This document shows positions 9,928-17,915 of a stretch of DNA of 64,000 bases, one piece after another. The DNA comes from an uncultured Pelagibacteraceae bacterium. Its GTDB lineage: Bacteria > Pseudomonadota > Alphaproteobacteria > Pelagibacterales > Pelagibacteraceae. The position numbers were made by a program, and so were the translations under genes. Position 1 is the first letter of the stretch. Each line of letters begins with the position of its first letter. The notes under the pieces are model-generated. The model saw only the letters and a program-made list of their open reading frames with translations, did not search any database and had not been told where the DNA came from. The DNA is taken from NCBI GenBank assembly GCA_902557935.1, contig CACECJ010000004.1, positions 1,168 through 65,167 on the forward strand. The letters run 5' to 3'.

Positions 9928-10596
9928 ATGCCCAAAAAGAAAGTTAAAAAAAATAAAAAACTTGTTAAAATTAAAAAAATTAAAAATAAAAAAACAAAAG
10001 TTTCTCTAAAAGAAATTGAAAAAAAACCTTCTTCTCCCGGACAAGAGGAAAAACCAGAAATTAAGAAAATCAAAAAACAACCAACAGAAAAAAGGGTATA
10101 TAATTTAAAAGATTTCGTTGTATATCCAAAACATGGGGTTGGGAAAATTACTGCTATTGAAAAAGCTACAATAGGTGAAATAGATATTCAATTTTATAAG
10201 ATCCTAGTGGAAAAAGAAAAACTTACTTTAACAGTTCCAATTAATCAACAGTCAAAACTCAGACCTATTGCCTCTATAAATCAAATTAACAAATGTATAT
10301 CTATTCTTAAGACAAAACCAAAAATTAAAAGAACCATGTGGAGCAGACGTGCTCAAGAATACGACCAAAAAATTAATTCTGGAAAGATTTACGAATTAGC
10401 CGAAGTTGTAAAAGATTTAAACAAAAATACAGATATCATTGCGGATCAATCTTATTCAGAAAGACAATTATTTGAAAAAGCATATGATAGGCTTAAATCT
10501 GAGTTTGAAGCTGTATTAAAAATTAATCCGGAAGATGTTCAAAAAAAAATGGACAAAGCTCTAGGAAGAACTAAAATTCTTGAAGACACCCAATAA
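9928..10596 (+). CDS. carD: CarD/CdnL RNA polymerase-binding regulator with Lys-rich N-terminal extension
   Basis: VVYPKHGVGKI, WSRRAQEY...INSG and QSYSERQLFE motifs; follows fdxA. Confidence 0.92.
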   Translation: MPKKKVKKNKKLVKIKKIKNKKTKVSLKEIEKKPSSPGQEEKPEIKKIKKQPTEKRVYNLKDFVVYPKHGVGKITAIEKATIGEIDIQFYKILVEKEKLTLTVPINQQSKLRPIASINQINKCISILKTKPKIKRTMWSRRAQEYDQKINSGKIYELAEVVKDLNKNTDIIADQSYSERQLFEKAYDRLKSEFEAVLKINPEDVQKKMDKALGRTKILEDTQ

Positions 10597-10637
10597 AAAA
10601 CGCCCTCTTTAAAATTATAACAATTATAAAAAGGGCG
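10595..10637 (-). terminator. Intrinsic terminator oriented for the minus-strand microprotein gene
   Basis: Stem CGCCCT(10601-10606)/AGGGCG(10632-10637) extended by TTTA/TAAA and AATT/AATT; A6 at 10595-10600 is a U-tract on the minus strand. Confidence 0.75.
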
Positions 10638-10654
10638 CTTAGTTAAATAGAAAA

Positions 10655-10726
10655 CTATCGTCTTCTTCTTCTCTTTTTTGCTTTCTTTTTAGTTTTCTTT
10701 TTAGCTTTTTTTCTTCTTTTAGCCAT
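10655..10726 (-). CDS. 23-aa Lys/Arg-rich microprotein MAKRRKKAKKKTKKKAKKRRRRR, absent from the ORF track
   Basis: Hand translation ATG..TAG; SD AAGGGAG 5 nt upstream of ATG; upstream TTGACA and downstream terminator. Confidence 0.75.
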   Translation of the reverse strand: MAKRRKKAKKKTKKKAKKRRRRR

Positions 10727-10776
10727 CTTCTCTCCCTTGTTTAAAACAAATCTTAATGATTCGTTTGTTAATAATT

Positions 10777-10804
10777 ACATTAATTAATTAAAGATTCATG
10801 TCAA
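10777..10804 (-). promoter_or_regulatory. Putative sigma70 promoter of the microprotein gene
   Basis: Minus strand TTGACA(10804-10799)-16 nt-TAATGT(10782-10777). Confidence 0.5.
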
Positions 10805-10935
10805 ACATAAATTAATTTACAAAATTGATTCAAAATTTAAATTTTTTAATTATTTTTTTATTTTTTAATAAAATTAAAAAAAGTTAGCAATACCAATGTT
10901 TTTTTAAGCAAATTAAATAAGTTATAATTTAATTT

Positions 10936-12609
10936 TTAATAAAGATTTTCTAGTTGTTGTTTATAATTTTTAATTATTTCTTTTCTTTTTAACTTTAAAG
11001 TTGGTGTAAGCATTCCGTTGTCAATTGTAAATTCTTCATGAATTAATACAAATTTTTTAATTTTTTCTATTAAAGTTAAACTTTTATTTATATTTTCAAT
11101 TATAAGTTTAATTTTTTCTTTATTATTTTCTTTTTCACTTACAATTAATGCAACTAAATAATTTTTTTTGTCTCCATAAACAAAAGATTGTTTAATATTT
11201 TCATTTAAACATAAAATATTTTCTACTTTACTTGGGGAAATGTTATCTCCTCCAAGATTTACGATAATATCTTTTTTTCTATCGGTAATTTTTAAATAAT
11301 TATTATTATCGAATTCTCCTATGTCCCCGGTATGAAGCCAGCCATCTTTAATTACTTTTTCAGTCTCTTCCTTTAAATTCCAATATCCCAACATCACATT
11401 TTCACCCTTAATAAGAATTTCTCCATCCTCTGCTATTTTGACTTTATTGGTCCTAAACGGAGGTCCTACTGATTCGACCTTCACTAAATCTGGTAAATTA
11501 CAGCTTACAACAGGAGAGGCTTCGGTTAGGCCATATCCTTGTAGTGTGGGTAAACCAACAGCATTTAAAAATTCTCCAATATTTTGATCTAAAGCCCCTC
11601 CCCCAGATACGAAGGCTTGAAGATTACCACCAAACTGATTTCTGATTTTTTTTCTTACTAATTTTTCACAGAAAAAATTTGTGATTTTTTCACCAAATTT
11701 CAATTCCTCTTTTTTGAGTATTTTTTTACCTAGATTTAAAGTCTGATTTATAAGTTTTCTTTTAAATCCAGATTGCTTCTCAAAATTCATATTTATTTTT
11801 GTAAAAAGATTTTGATAGAATCTAGGAACAGCTGTCATGATTGTAGGTTTTGCAATCCCCATATTAGAAATCAGTTTTTCTAAACTTTCGGCATAAAAAA
11901 CTTTTGCCCCAACTATAATTTGTATGAATTGAACTGTGTGTTCATAAGAATGTGATAATGGTAACCAGGTCAAAAATACTGGATCTTTTTTTTTAGTTAA
12001 AATTTCTAGTAATTCAACTGCTCCTTCACAGTTTGACAGAATACCGCCATGACTTAAAACAACTCCTTTAGGATTTCCAGAAGTACCTGATGTATAAATT
12101 ATACAAGCAGGCATATTTCGTTTTAAATCTTTGTTAACTATTTTTTCATTAAGTTCTTCATTTAATATTTTTTTAATTAATAAACTATCAGTATCTATTT
12201 CTTCAAAAGATATAATTTTTACATCGCTTCTTATAAATTTTTTAATTTTATTAAATTGATTTTGATTTGACACAAATACCAATGAGGGCTTACAATCATT
12301 TAATATATATTCGTAATCGTTTGCTGAATAAGTTGTAAAAATAGGAACTGAAATACCGCCTGCATTCATGATAGCAATATCGGTCATTAACCAATAAGGT
12401 CTATTCTCAGAAAGTATTAAACATCTATCACCTTGTTTTATTAACGATTTAATTTTTGTAGTAAGTTTATAAATTCTTTCAGTTATATCTTCCCAATTAT
12501 AGGTTCGTTTATCTGGCTTTAACCATTTTAAAAATGGTCTTTTACCATCAACTTCTTCTGTCTTTTTAAAGTAAAGTTCAACTAAGCTATTTAATTTACT
12601 TATATCCAT
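10936..12609 (-). CDS. fadD: Long-chain fatty acid-CoA ligase (AMP-binding, FAA1 type)
   Basis: YTSGTSGNPKG, QGYGLTE, WLHTGDIG and ITDRKKD motifs. Confidence 0.9.
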   Translation of the reverse strand: MDISKLNSLVELYFKKTEEVDGKRPFLKWLKPDKRTYNWEDITERIYKLTTKIKSLIKQGDRCLILSENRPYWLMTDIAIMNAGGISVPIFTTYSANDYEYILNDCKPSLVFVSNQNQFNKIKKFIRSDVKIISFEEIDTDSLLIKKILNEELNEKIVNKDLKRNMPACIIYTSGTSGNPKGVVLSHGGILSNCEGAVELLEILTKKKDPVFLTWLPLSHSYEHTVQFIQIIVGAKVFYAESLEKLISNMGIAKPTIMTAVPRFYQNLFTKINMNFEKQSGFKRKLINQTLNLGKKILKKEELKFGEKITNFFCEKLVRKKIRNQFGGNLQAFVSGGGALDQNIGEFLNAVGLPTLQGYGLTEASPVVSCNLPDLVKVESVGPPFRTNKVKIAEDGEILIKGENVMLGYWNLKEETEKVIKDGWLHTGDIGEFDNNNYLKITDRKKDIIVNLGGDNISPSKVENILCLNENIKQSFVYGDKKNYLVALIVSEKENNKEKIKLIIENINKSLTLIEKIKKFVLIHEEFTIDNGMLTPTLKLKRKEIIKNYKQQLENLY

Positions 12610-12613
12610 AACA

Positions 12614-12700
12614 TGGTGGGCGAAGAGAGACTCGAACTCTCAAGGTATTGCTACCACCGGATTTTGAGTCCGGCGCGTCTACCAGTTCCACCATTCGCCC
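12614..12700 (-). tRNA. tRNA-Leu(CAA), encoded CCA
   Basis: GGGCGAA acceptor stem, anticodon arm CCGGA-CTCAAAA-TCCGG, long variable arm, GTTCGAGT T-loop, 3' ACCA. Confidence 0.97.
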
Positions 12701-12715
12701 TTTTTTTCTAATAAT

Positions 12716-13561
12716 CTAATTGATTTTTCTTACTATGAGAACAAAAATAATTGATGTGCAAAACATAATTAGTGCATAGGCCGCTGTTGGCACCATAAAC
12801 ACAATGTCATCAAATAATTGTGTTGTAACAAAAACTGCTAAAGTTCCGTTTTGTAAGCCACATTCCAATGAAATACATTTTCTTTGCGCAATTCCTGATG
12901 TCCAAAATTTTGCAACATAATATCCGATAAAAATCATAGTCATATTTAAAATGAAAGCTATTAGACCTGCTCTAGTTATATAAGAAACAATCCTATCCCA
13001 TTCCTCTACCCAAATTGCAATAAATACTATTAAGAATAAAATTACTGATAATCTTTGAATAATAAGAGTTTTAGAAATAATAAAATTAGTCATTAAACTT
13101 CTAACAATCATTCCAAAAATAACAGGAACAGTTACTACAAGGAACATCTTTGTTGCAATATTAAGCATTGATATATTTTTTGCTGTTTCAATCCCTAAAA
13201 ATGCGGCCGAATTAAAGACTATAAATGGAACAATTAAAATACTTAATAAACTGACAATCGCTGTCAAACTGACTGATAGAGCAACATCTCCATCGGCAAA
13301 CTTAGTAAGAATATTAGAAGTTACTCCTCCTGGTGCAGCAGCTATTACCATAACTCCTAAAGCTATTTCTGGTGGAAGTGAAATAATATTAATTAAAATA
13401 AAAGCAATTATTGGAAGCAAAATAACCTGACATAAAAAACCTACTAAGAAGTCTCTTGGATTTTTTAAGACCCTTATAAAATCCCCAATCGTTAAGCCAA
13501 GACCTAAACCGAACATTATTATGGCAAGACATACGGGTGCTATTGTAGTTACGATTTCCAT
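12716..13561 (-). CDS. Bile acid:sodium symporter (BASS) family transporter
   Basis: IMFGLGLGL, AAPGGVTSN, GDVALSVSLT and ECGLQNG motifs. Confidence 0.92.
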   Translation of the reverse strand: MEIVTTIAPVCLAIIMFGLGLGLTIGDFIRVLKNPRDFLVGFLCQVILLPIIAFILINIISLPPEIALGVMVIAAAPGGVTSNILTKFADGDVALSVSLTAIVSLLSILIVPFIVFNSAAFLGIETAKNISMLNIATKMFLVVTVPVIFGMIVRSLMTNFIISKTLIIQRLSVILFLIVFIAIWVEEWDRIVSYITRAGLIAFILNMTMIFIGYYVAKFWTSGIAQRKCISLECGLQNGTLAVFVTTQLFDDIVFMVPTAAYALIMFCTSIIFVLIVRKIN

Positions 13562-13575
13562 AATTTTATAAGCTC

Positions 13576-14625
13576 CTATTCTACTTTAAAGGAAGAGTTT
13601 TTCATGAGGTCGAAAATTGTAGTTACGAAACCAGCTTTATGCTTTTGGTTATGCATGTAGTTTTCTTCAAAGGATTTGATGTTTTTAGGAGATGGTAAAA
13701 GCATATATTCAAGCTTTTTATTTTTTGTAACTAATTTTTGTTTTAAAAGGTATTTTAATTTTCTAATCACAGTGGCTCTAGGGATCGTTGAAATTTCGGA
13801 AATAGAGGATGCATTTATTCCATTTTTAGGAGTATGCCTTAAAAGATGCAAATATAAGTCAGCGTAAGTTCTCGGATCTTCAACAACTTTGCTTTTTACT
13901 TGTTTTGAATAGTCGGTAAATTGTGAGATACCTATTGCACCCCATACATTCCAAGTTTCTAAATCACCAAAAAAGGATCTATGTCTTACTAAAAAAGGAA
14001 TTTGCATCCTAAACCAATGTTGCCAGCATATTGTAAAATATTTATCAATAAATGCTTCTATTTCTTCTTTTGAAAATGCTCTACCAAACCAAGATTCTTT
14101 GGAGAGAATTTGACTAGTCTTTTCTAAGAAATTAGCCATAAATCTTTTCGAGTTTGCTGGTCTTTGAAGTTCTGTTATCTTTCTATTGAAAAAAATTGAT
14201 TTTCCTTTTCTATATATAATATTTTGATTTTGTAAAAAATTTACTTTTCTTCTTATAGTTTCCTTCGGAATATTTAATTCTTTTGAAATTTCAATTAAGT
14301 TAATTTTATCAATCAAAAGTTCGTTTTTGTCATAAAATTCTGTGTAGGACAAATACTGAAAACGATCTGAGTATTTTTGAAATACAGTATTGATTAAATA
14401 AACTAAAATTAAGTAACTATCATAATCTTTAAACGTACTATATGCATTATTGCACCATGATTGCTGTAATTTAAACCACAAAGTTACCGTTTCATTAGAA
14501 TGACTGGATAAAACATCAAAAACCTCATCTGTATTTATTGTATTAAAAATTTTGTTTTCAAACGATGGTTTTTTTTTTAAAGGCTCGAAAATTTTTACAG
14601 TTTTTAGATCTATTGGTTTAGACAT
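13576..14625 (-). CDS. Hypothetical protein with two tandem winged-HTH-containing repeats
   Basis: INLIEISKELNIPKETIRRKVNFL and INASSISEISTIPRATVIRKLKYL. Confidence 0.7.
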   Translation of the reverse strand: MSKPIDLKTVKIFEPLKKKPSFENKIFNTINTDEVFDVLSSHSNETVTLWFKLQQSWCNNAYSTFKDYDSYLILVYLINTVFQKYSDRFQYLSYTEFYDKNELLIDKINLIEISKELNIPKETIRRKVNFLQNQNIIYRKGKSIFFNRKITELQRPANSKRFMANFLEKTSQILSKESWFGRAFSKEEIEAFIDKYFTICWQHWFRMQIPFLVRHRSFFGDLETWNVWGAIGISQFTDYSKQVKSKVVEDPRTYADLYLHLLRHTPKNGINASSISEISTIPRATVIRKLKYLLKQKLVTKNKKLEYMLLPSPKNIKSFEENYMHNQKHKAGFVTTIFDLMKNSSFKVE

Positions 14626-14811
14626 TTATTTTTTCCACGTAACACTTTGATTAATTAAGATAGCCATTAAAATCCAAATAATAAATGTTCCTTCCGGCGA
14701 AAACCCATAATCAGCGCCAAACATTCCTGCAACTATAACGATTGAATAAATAGCAACTGTAGATAATATTAAACTTGCCAGATACCTTAGGATTGTGCAT
14801 TTTAAATTCAT
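14626..14811 (-). CDS. Small two-TM membrane protein of unknown function
   Basis: 61 aa, two hydrophobic helices, stop abuts the next gene's ATG. Confidence 0.65.
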   Translation of the reverse strand: MNLKCTILRYLASLILSTVAIYSIVIVAGMFGADYGFSPEGTFIIWILMAILINQSVTWKK

Positions 14812-15409
14812 GATTTTAAAAAAATTATACGATAGATGCGTTGAGCTTGCTAGACATAAATTTTCAAAGCCTTTATTAGGTTTTGTAGCCTTTATCGAAA
14901 GTTTCTTTTTTCCAGTTCCCCCTGATTTAATGATTGTTCCAATGGTAGTTGCAAAGAGAGAGGATTATCTTAAAATATTTCTTATAGCTACAACGGGCTC
15001 TGTTTTAGGAGGGTTGTTTGGATACATGCTAGGAGTTTTCTTTTTAGATGCATCGATGGTGATTATTGAATTTTATGGTTACGAAGAAAAAGTTTTTGAG
15101 ATGCAGGATAAGATGTCTACAAAAGGTGGATTTTTAGCTTGGCTTGGAATTATGTTTTTAGCTGGCTTTACCCCGCTTCCTTTTAAAGTTTTTACTATTA
15201 CGAGTGGAGTGATCGCCTATAATCTTCCAGTATTTTTCTTTATATGTTTATTCACTAGAGGACTAAGATTTTTCTTAGTTTCTTATTTAACATTTCTTTT
15301 TGGTAAAAAATTTGGTGATTTCATTGAGAAAAGAGGTGCGCTGTGGTTTACTTTAACTGGAATTTTTATTGTGGTTTTAGCGGTTGTCCTTTATATAATT
15401 TTTACCTAA
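14810..15409 (+). CDS. YqaA/DedA (VTT domain) membrane protein
   Basis: FIESFFFPVPPD, GSVLGGLFGY and AGFTPLPFKVFTI motifs; ATG 14810 preferred over GTG 14795. Confidence 0.88.
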   Translation: MILKKLYDRCVELARHKFSKPLLGFVAFIESFFFPVPPDLMIVPMVVAKREDYLKIFLIATTGSVLGGLFGYMLGVFFLDASMVIIEFYGYEEKVFEMQDKMSTKGGFLAWLGIMFLAGFTPLPFKVFTITSGVIAYNLPVFFFICLFTRGLRFFLVSYLTFLFGKKFGDFIEKRGALWFTLTGIFIVVLAVVLYIIFT

Positions 15410-15891
15410 TGTTGAGTGAGAACAAGTTAATTTTAAACAGTATATTAGCCTTTAGTTTTTTATCTTTGGCTATAGCTTATTTCATTCAATACATATTAGG
15501 GCACGAGCCCTGTAATTTATGCCTAATTGAGAGAATTCCTTATTTAGCCTCTTTAATACTCATTTCGTTAATATTTATAATCAGTAAGTTTGAAAAATTG
15601 ATTGCTGGTATTGTGCTATTATTTTTTATTTTTGGTTCCGTGGTTTCTTTTTACCATGTAGGGATTGAACAAGGATTTTTTAGTGAGTCTTTTGTCTGCG
15701 ATTTGGGTTCATCTAATGGAGATATGTCAAAAGAAGATATATTAAAACAACTTCAGAATAAAAGTCCAATAAGCTGCAAAGACGTGACTTTTAAGTTTTT
15801 TGGACTTTCTCTTGCTACAATAAATACAGTTATATCAATACTATTAAGTGGTATTATGGTTAGAGTTATTAAAAATTATGGAAAAAACTAA
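15409..15891 (+). CDS. dsbB: Disulfide bond formation protein B
   Basis: PCNLCLIERIPY, YHVGIEQG, second Cys pair and FFGLSLAT; ATG overlaps the upstream TAA. Confidence 0.88.
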   Translation: MLSENKLILNSILAFSFLSLAIAYFIQYILGHEPCNLCLIERIPYLASLILISLIFIISKFEKLIAGIVLLFFIFGSVVSFYHVGIEQGFFSESFVCDLGSSNGDMSKEDILKQLQNKSPISCKDVTFKFFGLSLATINTVISILLSGIMVRVIKNYGKN

Positions 15892-16411
15892 TAAAAAAAC
15901 TTTAGAAGAAATTATAAGAGTAGATCACGCTGGAGAACGTGGTGCTATAAAAATTTACGAAGGTCAATTACTTGCTCTAAAAACTTTCAAACAAAATGCT
16001 TCTTTAAAAAGAAAAATTGAAGAGATGAAAGAGCACGAAAGAGAGCATTACGAATACTTTGATAACGAAATTAAAAAGAGAAATATTCAACCAACAAAAC
16101 TTTTACCTCTCTGGGATTTAATGGGAGTTACTTTAGGTTTTGGGACTGCTATGCTTGGTGAAAAAGCAGCTATGTTATGTACTGCATCAGTTGAAGAAGT
16201 AATCGACGGACATTACAAAGACCAAACATATAAACTTGGAAAAGATGAAGAGGAATTAAAAAAGAAAATTATGAAGTTTAGACAAGACGAACTTGACCAT
16301 AAAGATATAGCTTATGACAATGGGGCAACAAAAAAAGGTTTATTCGGTGTATTGGATAAAGTTATCAAAACTTCATCAAGGATAGCTATAACGATTTCTG
16401 AAAAAATTTAA
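15878..16411 (+). CDS. coq7: Demethoxyubiquinone hydroxylase Coq7
   Basis: IRVDHAGERGAIKIYEGQ, EEVIDGHY and DELDH di-iron motifs. Confidence 0.93.
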   Translation: MEKTNKKTLEEIIRVDHAGERGAIKIYEGQLLALKTFKQNASLKRKIEEMKEHEREHYEYFDNEIKKRNIQPTKLLPLWDLMGVTLGFGTAMLGEKAAMLCTASVEEVIDGHYKDQTYKLGKDEEELKKKIMKFRQDELDHKDIAYDNGATKKGLFGVLDKVIKTSSRIAITISEKI

Positions 16412-16981
16412 TTACGGTTCTAATTCTATATCCCAATATAGATAATCCATCCAGCTTTCGTGTAAAAAATTAGGTGGAAAGTTTCTACCATTTCTGTGCA
16501 GGTCTTCAACAGTAGGAGCGTAAGGTTTGTTCGCTAATTTCAAATCACAATCTCTATAAAGCTTACCTCCTTTTTTTACATTGCAACTTGAGCAAGCTGT
16601 AACTACATTATTCCAATCTGTCAGACCACCTTTAGACTTTGGAAGAAGGTGATCAAAAGTTAAATCTTTTTTATCTCCACAATATTGGCAAGTAAACTTA
16701 TCTCTCAAAAAAACATTAAATCTTGTGAAGTTTGGATTTTTTGATGGTTGAATAAAATTTTTTAAAGCTATTACGCTCGGTAAATTCATTTCAAAAGATG
16801 GACTCCTAATTTTTCTTTTGTAATTTGAAACGATACTTACTCTATCTAAAAAAACTGATTTAACTGCATCTTGCCAGCACCATATTGAAAGGGGATAATA
16901 ACTCAAAGGTCTAAAATCAGCATTAAGAACTAATGCTGGACACTTTTCTAATGGAACTTTATCTGCAGAAGTAATAATCAT
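16412..16981 (-). CDS. HNH endonuclease (McrA-like)
   Basis: LVLNADFRPL, RDKFTCQYCG, TFDHLLPKSKGG, NVVTACSSCNVKKG. Confidence 0.9.
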   Translation of the reverse strand: MIITSADKVPLEKCPALVLNADFRPLSYYPLSIWCWQDAVKSVFLDRVSIVSNYKRKIRSPSFEMNLPSVIALKNFIQPSKNPNFTRFNVFLRDKFTCQYCGDKKDLTFDHLLPKSKGGLTDWNNVVTACSSCNVKKGGKLYRDCDLKLANKPYAPTVEDLHRNGRNFPPNFLHESWMDYLYWDIELEP

Positions 16982-17045
16982 AATTAAAGCTAACTGATAA
17001 GAAAAATTTTATCAAGTTATAATTATGTATCAAGTAAAATAGTTA

Positions 17046-17699
17046 TCATTCAAAATGTTTTTTGATGAATTGTAGACCCAAACTTGACCCTTCAGTAGGT
17101 ATACGATGTTCACAGTTTTTAAATATTTTTGTTTCAATTTCGTAATTATTTTTTCCAAAAAAGTCTTTAGCTTCTAGCAGTGATTCTATAGGAACAACTT
17201 GATCAAGATCGCCATGCATCAAGATAATATTTGGTCTAGATATTATATTTTTAGAAAGATGTTCTGTGCTTATAATTCTTCCAGAATATCCCACAATTGA
17301 ATTTATTGTATCTTTTCTCTTTATCCCTGTTTGTAAAGTTATCATACAACCCTGGCTGAAACCTCCAATGATAATTTCATCAGCTTTTAAATTATATTTT
17401 TCCTTAACTTCATCTATTAATTTATTAAGTTTATTCTCAGCTACAAGAGACTTTGATAAAATCTGTTCAGGAGTTTGATCCATTAAGTCGAACCATTGAA
17501 AACCTGTTGGACTTGCTGCACATTTTTCAGGTGCATCTGGACAAATTATGATAGTGTCTGGCAGGTGTGCTCTCCAATAACTAGCTAAAATTGAAATATC
17601 TTTTCCATCTCCACCATACCCGTGGCAAAGAATAACTGCATTCTTTGGTTTTTCTTTAGAAACTGGCTCTAAAATAATTGTATTTAATGAAAAGGTCAT
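17046..17699 (-). CDS. Phospholipase/carboxylesterase (alpha/beta hydrolase)
   Basis: CHGYG, GFSQG, HGDLDQVV and EHRI catalytic triad motifs. Confidence 0.9.
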   Translation of the reverse strand: MTFSLNTIILEPVSKEKPKNAVILCHGYGGDGKDISILASYWRAHLPDTIIICPDAPEKCAASPTGFQWFDLMDQTPEQILSKSLVAENKLNKLIDEVKEKYNLKADEIIIGGFSQGCMITLQTGIKRKDTINSIVGYSGRIISTEHLSKNIISRPNIILMHGDLDQVVPIESLLEAKDFFGKNNYEIETKIFKNCEHRIPTEGSSLGLQFIKKHFE

Positions 17700-17714
17700 A
17701 TAGATAAAATACCA

Positions 17715-17915
17715 ATGTCAGAATTTTTATTTAACTTTATAGGTTTCACTTTATTAGGTGCTGTTGCAATAGTTTTAATAATGGGTATTTATACTTTATT
17801 TAAAGGTGGAAGTACTAGTAAAAAATATTCAAATAAACTAATGCAGTTAAGAGTATTGTTACAATTTATTGCAATTATCGTTTTAGTTTTACTTGCCTAT
17901 TTTTTTAAAGACTAA
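17715..17915 (+). CDS. HIG1-domain twin-TM small protein
   Basis: SNKLMQLRVLLQFIA motif between two TM helices. Confidence 0.85.
   Translation: MSEFLFNFIGFTLLGAVAIVLIMGIYTLFKGGSTSKKYSNKLMQLRVLLQFIAIIVLVLLAYFFKD

Noticed and set aside
12614-14811. Genomic island integrated at tRNA-Leu
   Set aside because: No integrase and no duplicated tRNA 3' end seen; neighbours have host-like composition
16412-16981. HNH nuclease as a mobile or defence element
   Set aside because: No flanking repeats, methylase, intron or compositional shift; it resembles the chromosomal HNH commonly found beside the carboxylesterase in alphaproteobacteria
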